The position numbers were made by a program, and so were the translations under genes. This document shows positions 63,401 to 64,000 of a stretch of 64,000 nucleotides of DNA, one piece after another. Where the stretch lies: assembly GCA_965262915.1 (NCBI GenBank), contig OZ253564.1:4288001-4352000 (forward strand), in the 5' to 3' direction. How positions within the stretch are numbered: position 1 is the stretch's first letter; every line of letters begins with the position of its first letter. Below the pieces are notes generated by a model. That model was given only the letters and a program-made list of their open reading frames with translations. It searched no databases and had not been told where the DNA came from. Source of the DNA: Candidatus Spongiisociaceae bacterium. GTDB lineage: Bacteria; Actinomycetota; Acidimicrobiia; Spongiisociales; Spongiisociaceae.

Positions 63401-63498
63401 ACCGTTACCGGAAGGATGGGTACGAACTCTTCGAGACGAGGGACGTCGACCTTACGCCAGTCGTTGCCTCGTACCGTCGTCGGCCCGCGGGTGCTCAC
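57469..63498 (-). CDS. Giant (2009 aa) internally duplicated multi-domain GT2 glycosyltransferase
   Basis: Two ~1000-aa halves, each with VVDDGS/FLDCDM/FDESFTQWGAEDTEFGYR plus a second GT-A-like domain (QTYPRLE...WDLVLA.EYSGA). Confidence 0.9.
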   Translation of the reverse strand: MSTRGPTTVRGNDWRKVDVPRLEEFVPILPVTVVIPHYEAPGALALTLAALERQSYPRDLFEVIVVDDGSGVPLSQPVGTPLDVKVIHQERRGFGAPRARNRGARAAAHDIVVFLDCDMMPEAGWLAAHARWHHVLSDALTLGFRAHVRTGDIDPSSIRERPGSLGDLFSNRPAERPEWIEFHMARTNELTSTADDIFRVVTSGNLGVGKAFLESVGGFDESFTQWGAEDTEFGYRAYTRGALLVPEREAFCWHQGAGATPSDEEILSLDLQQAKIAHLIAQYRFRRASPGRSFTVPQFVVSVETRDAPVEQVFSVVERILGDRIHDLVVRIEDRPGDEGFGLIRRHFGPDPRVRFGSPDTALDSFPNAAFHITVPAGAEPAENFVYTMRTELGGAVEATLILGDDAQVSIVRTWALHRMRRNGRSIGELGARVSVKVRRMVLVSARPQGWAGLKALVRRVRSQLRRMYWTVRRIRARVVGLVRRMYWTVRRIRARVVGLVRAILRIRNPRQAWQFLKWLAGAVHSRLQVWLPFVFRPSTDALPVSDYPLGAEIVTSGRRARAVLGASRRVFSTVDGHHVDLILADDPDAVEQALDPDVPVVFLTEQARRLSVPALDPRSTNPIGWIRDAEPTVGVLGALELLPPGVTADAVLSADDRDPLLRTWYVVDVAGFHPDPVSRASTLAALAAKGVVVRLADSDPGLERLLGHDLYGLMSGDGLLHADPGERELMSIAARREALRSHSLASRAREIISAAALNAPTLPEVSVLAVATDPDLLPGLLEAVCSQTYPRLEMVLLLQGGVFGDEVEETAAEAPCRTRVLRMEDSQTLGTALNRGVVASGGALLTRMDDRSLYASEHVWDLVLAREYSGAELVAKGAEFLYLAHIDRMVHLHVGGGEEFPAARDALADGAMLISRHDLAAAGGWRRLRTDAGSALADDVTSIGGSVYRTHGCGYVQVVDGSPEERRQEDAYILDQAGEVWDGWRPERAGLAGTVSPFTGGRSAGRAGTPSPRPATVRGPQPTKVRGNDWHRVDVPSLEDFVPTLPVTVVVPYYEAPEALELTLAALERQRYPRDLFEVVVVDDGSRVPLQQPTYTDLNVQVVHQEDRGFGLARARNTGAGAASHGILIFLDCDMMPEAGWLAAHARWHHVVTDALTLGFRAHVEVDGVDIAMVRNLTGSLEDMFSDRPSARPEWIEFHMDRTDDLTSSADDLFRVVTGGNLGVSREFFETVGGFDESFTQWGAEDTEFGYRAYTHGALLVPVREGFCWHQGVGAAPSEAERRSLQLQRAKIAHLIAHYGFRGAPAGRTFTVPQYVVTVEAGYAPVDRLFHVAERILGDRVHDLVVMIEDRPEDDAFEWFRRQLGPDPRVRFGPVHTVLDEFPISSFHVTIPPGADVGVNIIHTLRNKLGSAVHATMTLSDGSRVSIVRTWALHRANRAGKSIADLGAAVSAEAVRTAPGAPTVLRSRPFARRVRRLSSKAGRLLEEFRRIDSFGQAWLFAKWLAGAVGWRLRGVRRRYRRSRTRPKGIGAGADRLLETAQMAPFGGVGAGYPLGAEIVTVGPQAVAVFGNSIRVGHSLDGRHVDLVVADTRDAAGEVEVPLVILSELPVRFSVPAFDPLTINPIGWHREPEKGVGALGPLDLLPSGSAANHTVACNDREALRVVHHLEDVAAFHSDMTIRAATLAAVAGMGVVVHLADDDPALESRLGAELYALISAPDILEADLHGRELLSTSMRRAALRDHTLRARAREVIGAGLPDPPVLPDVSVLAVTKRPDLVADLLVTVASQTYPRLELILVLHGEGFGNDVEAAAADLPILTRVLRVDGRHRFGAALNRAVSASGGTLLTKMDDDDVYSDEHIWDLVLAHEYSGAQLVAKGSEFVYLARSDKTIHRFCGKGEAASKVISIAGGTLLISRYDLETAGGWRRVPRGVDVALVEDVRRVGGKVYRTHGFGYVLVRHGSGHTWENDDTYFLRHAEQIRAGWTPEFAGLAPGVLLPGPATSSSAG
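61993..62100. repeat. Perfect 54-bp in-frame tandem duplication
   Basis: cctgaccaggccgaccaccctcgcccgtatccgccggacggtccagtacatccg x2, encoding RMYWTVRRIRARVVGLVR x2. Confidence 0.95.
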
Positions 63499-64000
63499 CG
63501 GCTCCGGCTTCCCTGCGCCGGCCCTATCCTTCGTCCGACCAGGATCTCTCCCCGAATCAGCCGGTAGCGACCCTCGGCCAGAACCGGGTCGTCCAGAGCG
63601 CCGTCGGGAAAGTCGTCGGGAACCCGGTCCGTCCGGACCATTACCAGATCCTCCGGCTCAAGATCGTCCTTTGTCTCGGGTCGCAGGGTCCATACCGGCG
63701 CGTCCAGATAATAGGAGACCCAGCGGGGGGTACCGATTCCGGGCGTCACCCAGACGTTCCCAGACGATGGGGCGGCCGACAACTGCTCCACGAGCCTCCC
63801 CGCGTCGCCGGGCGCGGTGAGGTAGTCGTGGCGCGTCGGACCGGTGGCGACTCCGTAGAGCGTGGCAGCGAGCACAACCATACCGAAGGCTCCGAGCAAC
63901 CGGGACGCCCGGTCGACCAGTAACCGGCGGCCGGCGTCGATCAGCGCCGCCAAACCGATGGTCACCGGCGCCACCCAAGGGAAGTTCCAAAGGAGATGTA
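63495..64000 (-). CDS. Membrane protein, 3' part only (5' end outside window)
   Basis: Frame open to the window edge; TM helices; stop overlaps the GTG start of the giant GT. Confidence 0.65.
   Translation of the reverse strand, partial: HLLWNFPWVAPVTIGLAALIDAGRRLLVDRASRLLGAFGMVVLAATLYGVATGPTRHDYLTAPGDAGRLVEQLSAAPSSGNVWVTPGIGTPRWVSYYLDAPVWTLRPETKDDLEPEDLVMVRTDRVPDDFPDGALDDPVLAEGRYRLIRGEILVGRRIGPAQGSRSR

Overview
High-GC actinobacterial chromosomal window, most consistent with an Acidimicrobiia-like genome (inferred from gene content and order, not established). The backbone follows the familiar actinobacterial order: GT2/DUF5719, cofD-cofE, epimerase, ugd, LCP, then birA, acyl-CoA carboxylase, lpdA, methylmalonyl-CoA mutase, PBP1A, sirtuin, moeB, pepA and envelope glycosyltransferases. 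The main result is a ~14.8 kb block (16873-31629) between LCP and birA encoding an apparently complete coenzyme M (CoM)-dependent epoxide carboxylation system. It contains epoxyalkane:CoM transferase, R- and S-type 2-hydroxypropyl-CoM dehydrogenases, 2-ketopropyl-CoM oxidoreductase/carboxylase, a CoA-transferase and an acyl-CoA ligase. It also has the bacterial CoM biosynthesis genes (phosphosulfolactate synthase, two aspartase/fumarase-family lyases, a PLP enzyme) and two Cys-rich unknowns. No alkene monooxygenase and no regulator are present in the window. Other observations: a dienelactone-hydrolase-fold protein with Asp at the nucleophile position, a fused wHTH-MNT-HEPN gene, a candidate ~160-nt sRNA, a ~105-bp MITE family (7 copies), heptamer tandem tracts, two cytochromes c sharing an N-terminal module, and a 2009-aa internally duplicated glycosyltransferase. 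No CRISPR array, tRNA or rRNA was seen. All family assignments come from motif recognition and recalled reference sequences; no database search was run.
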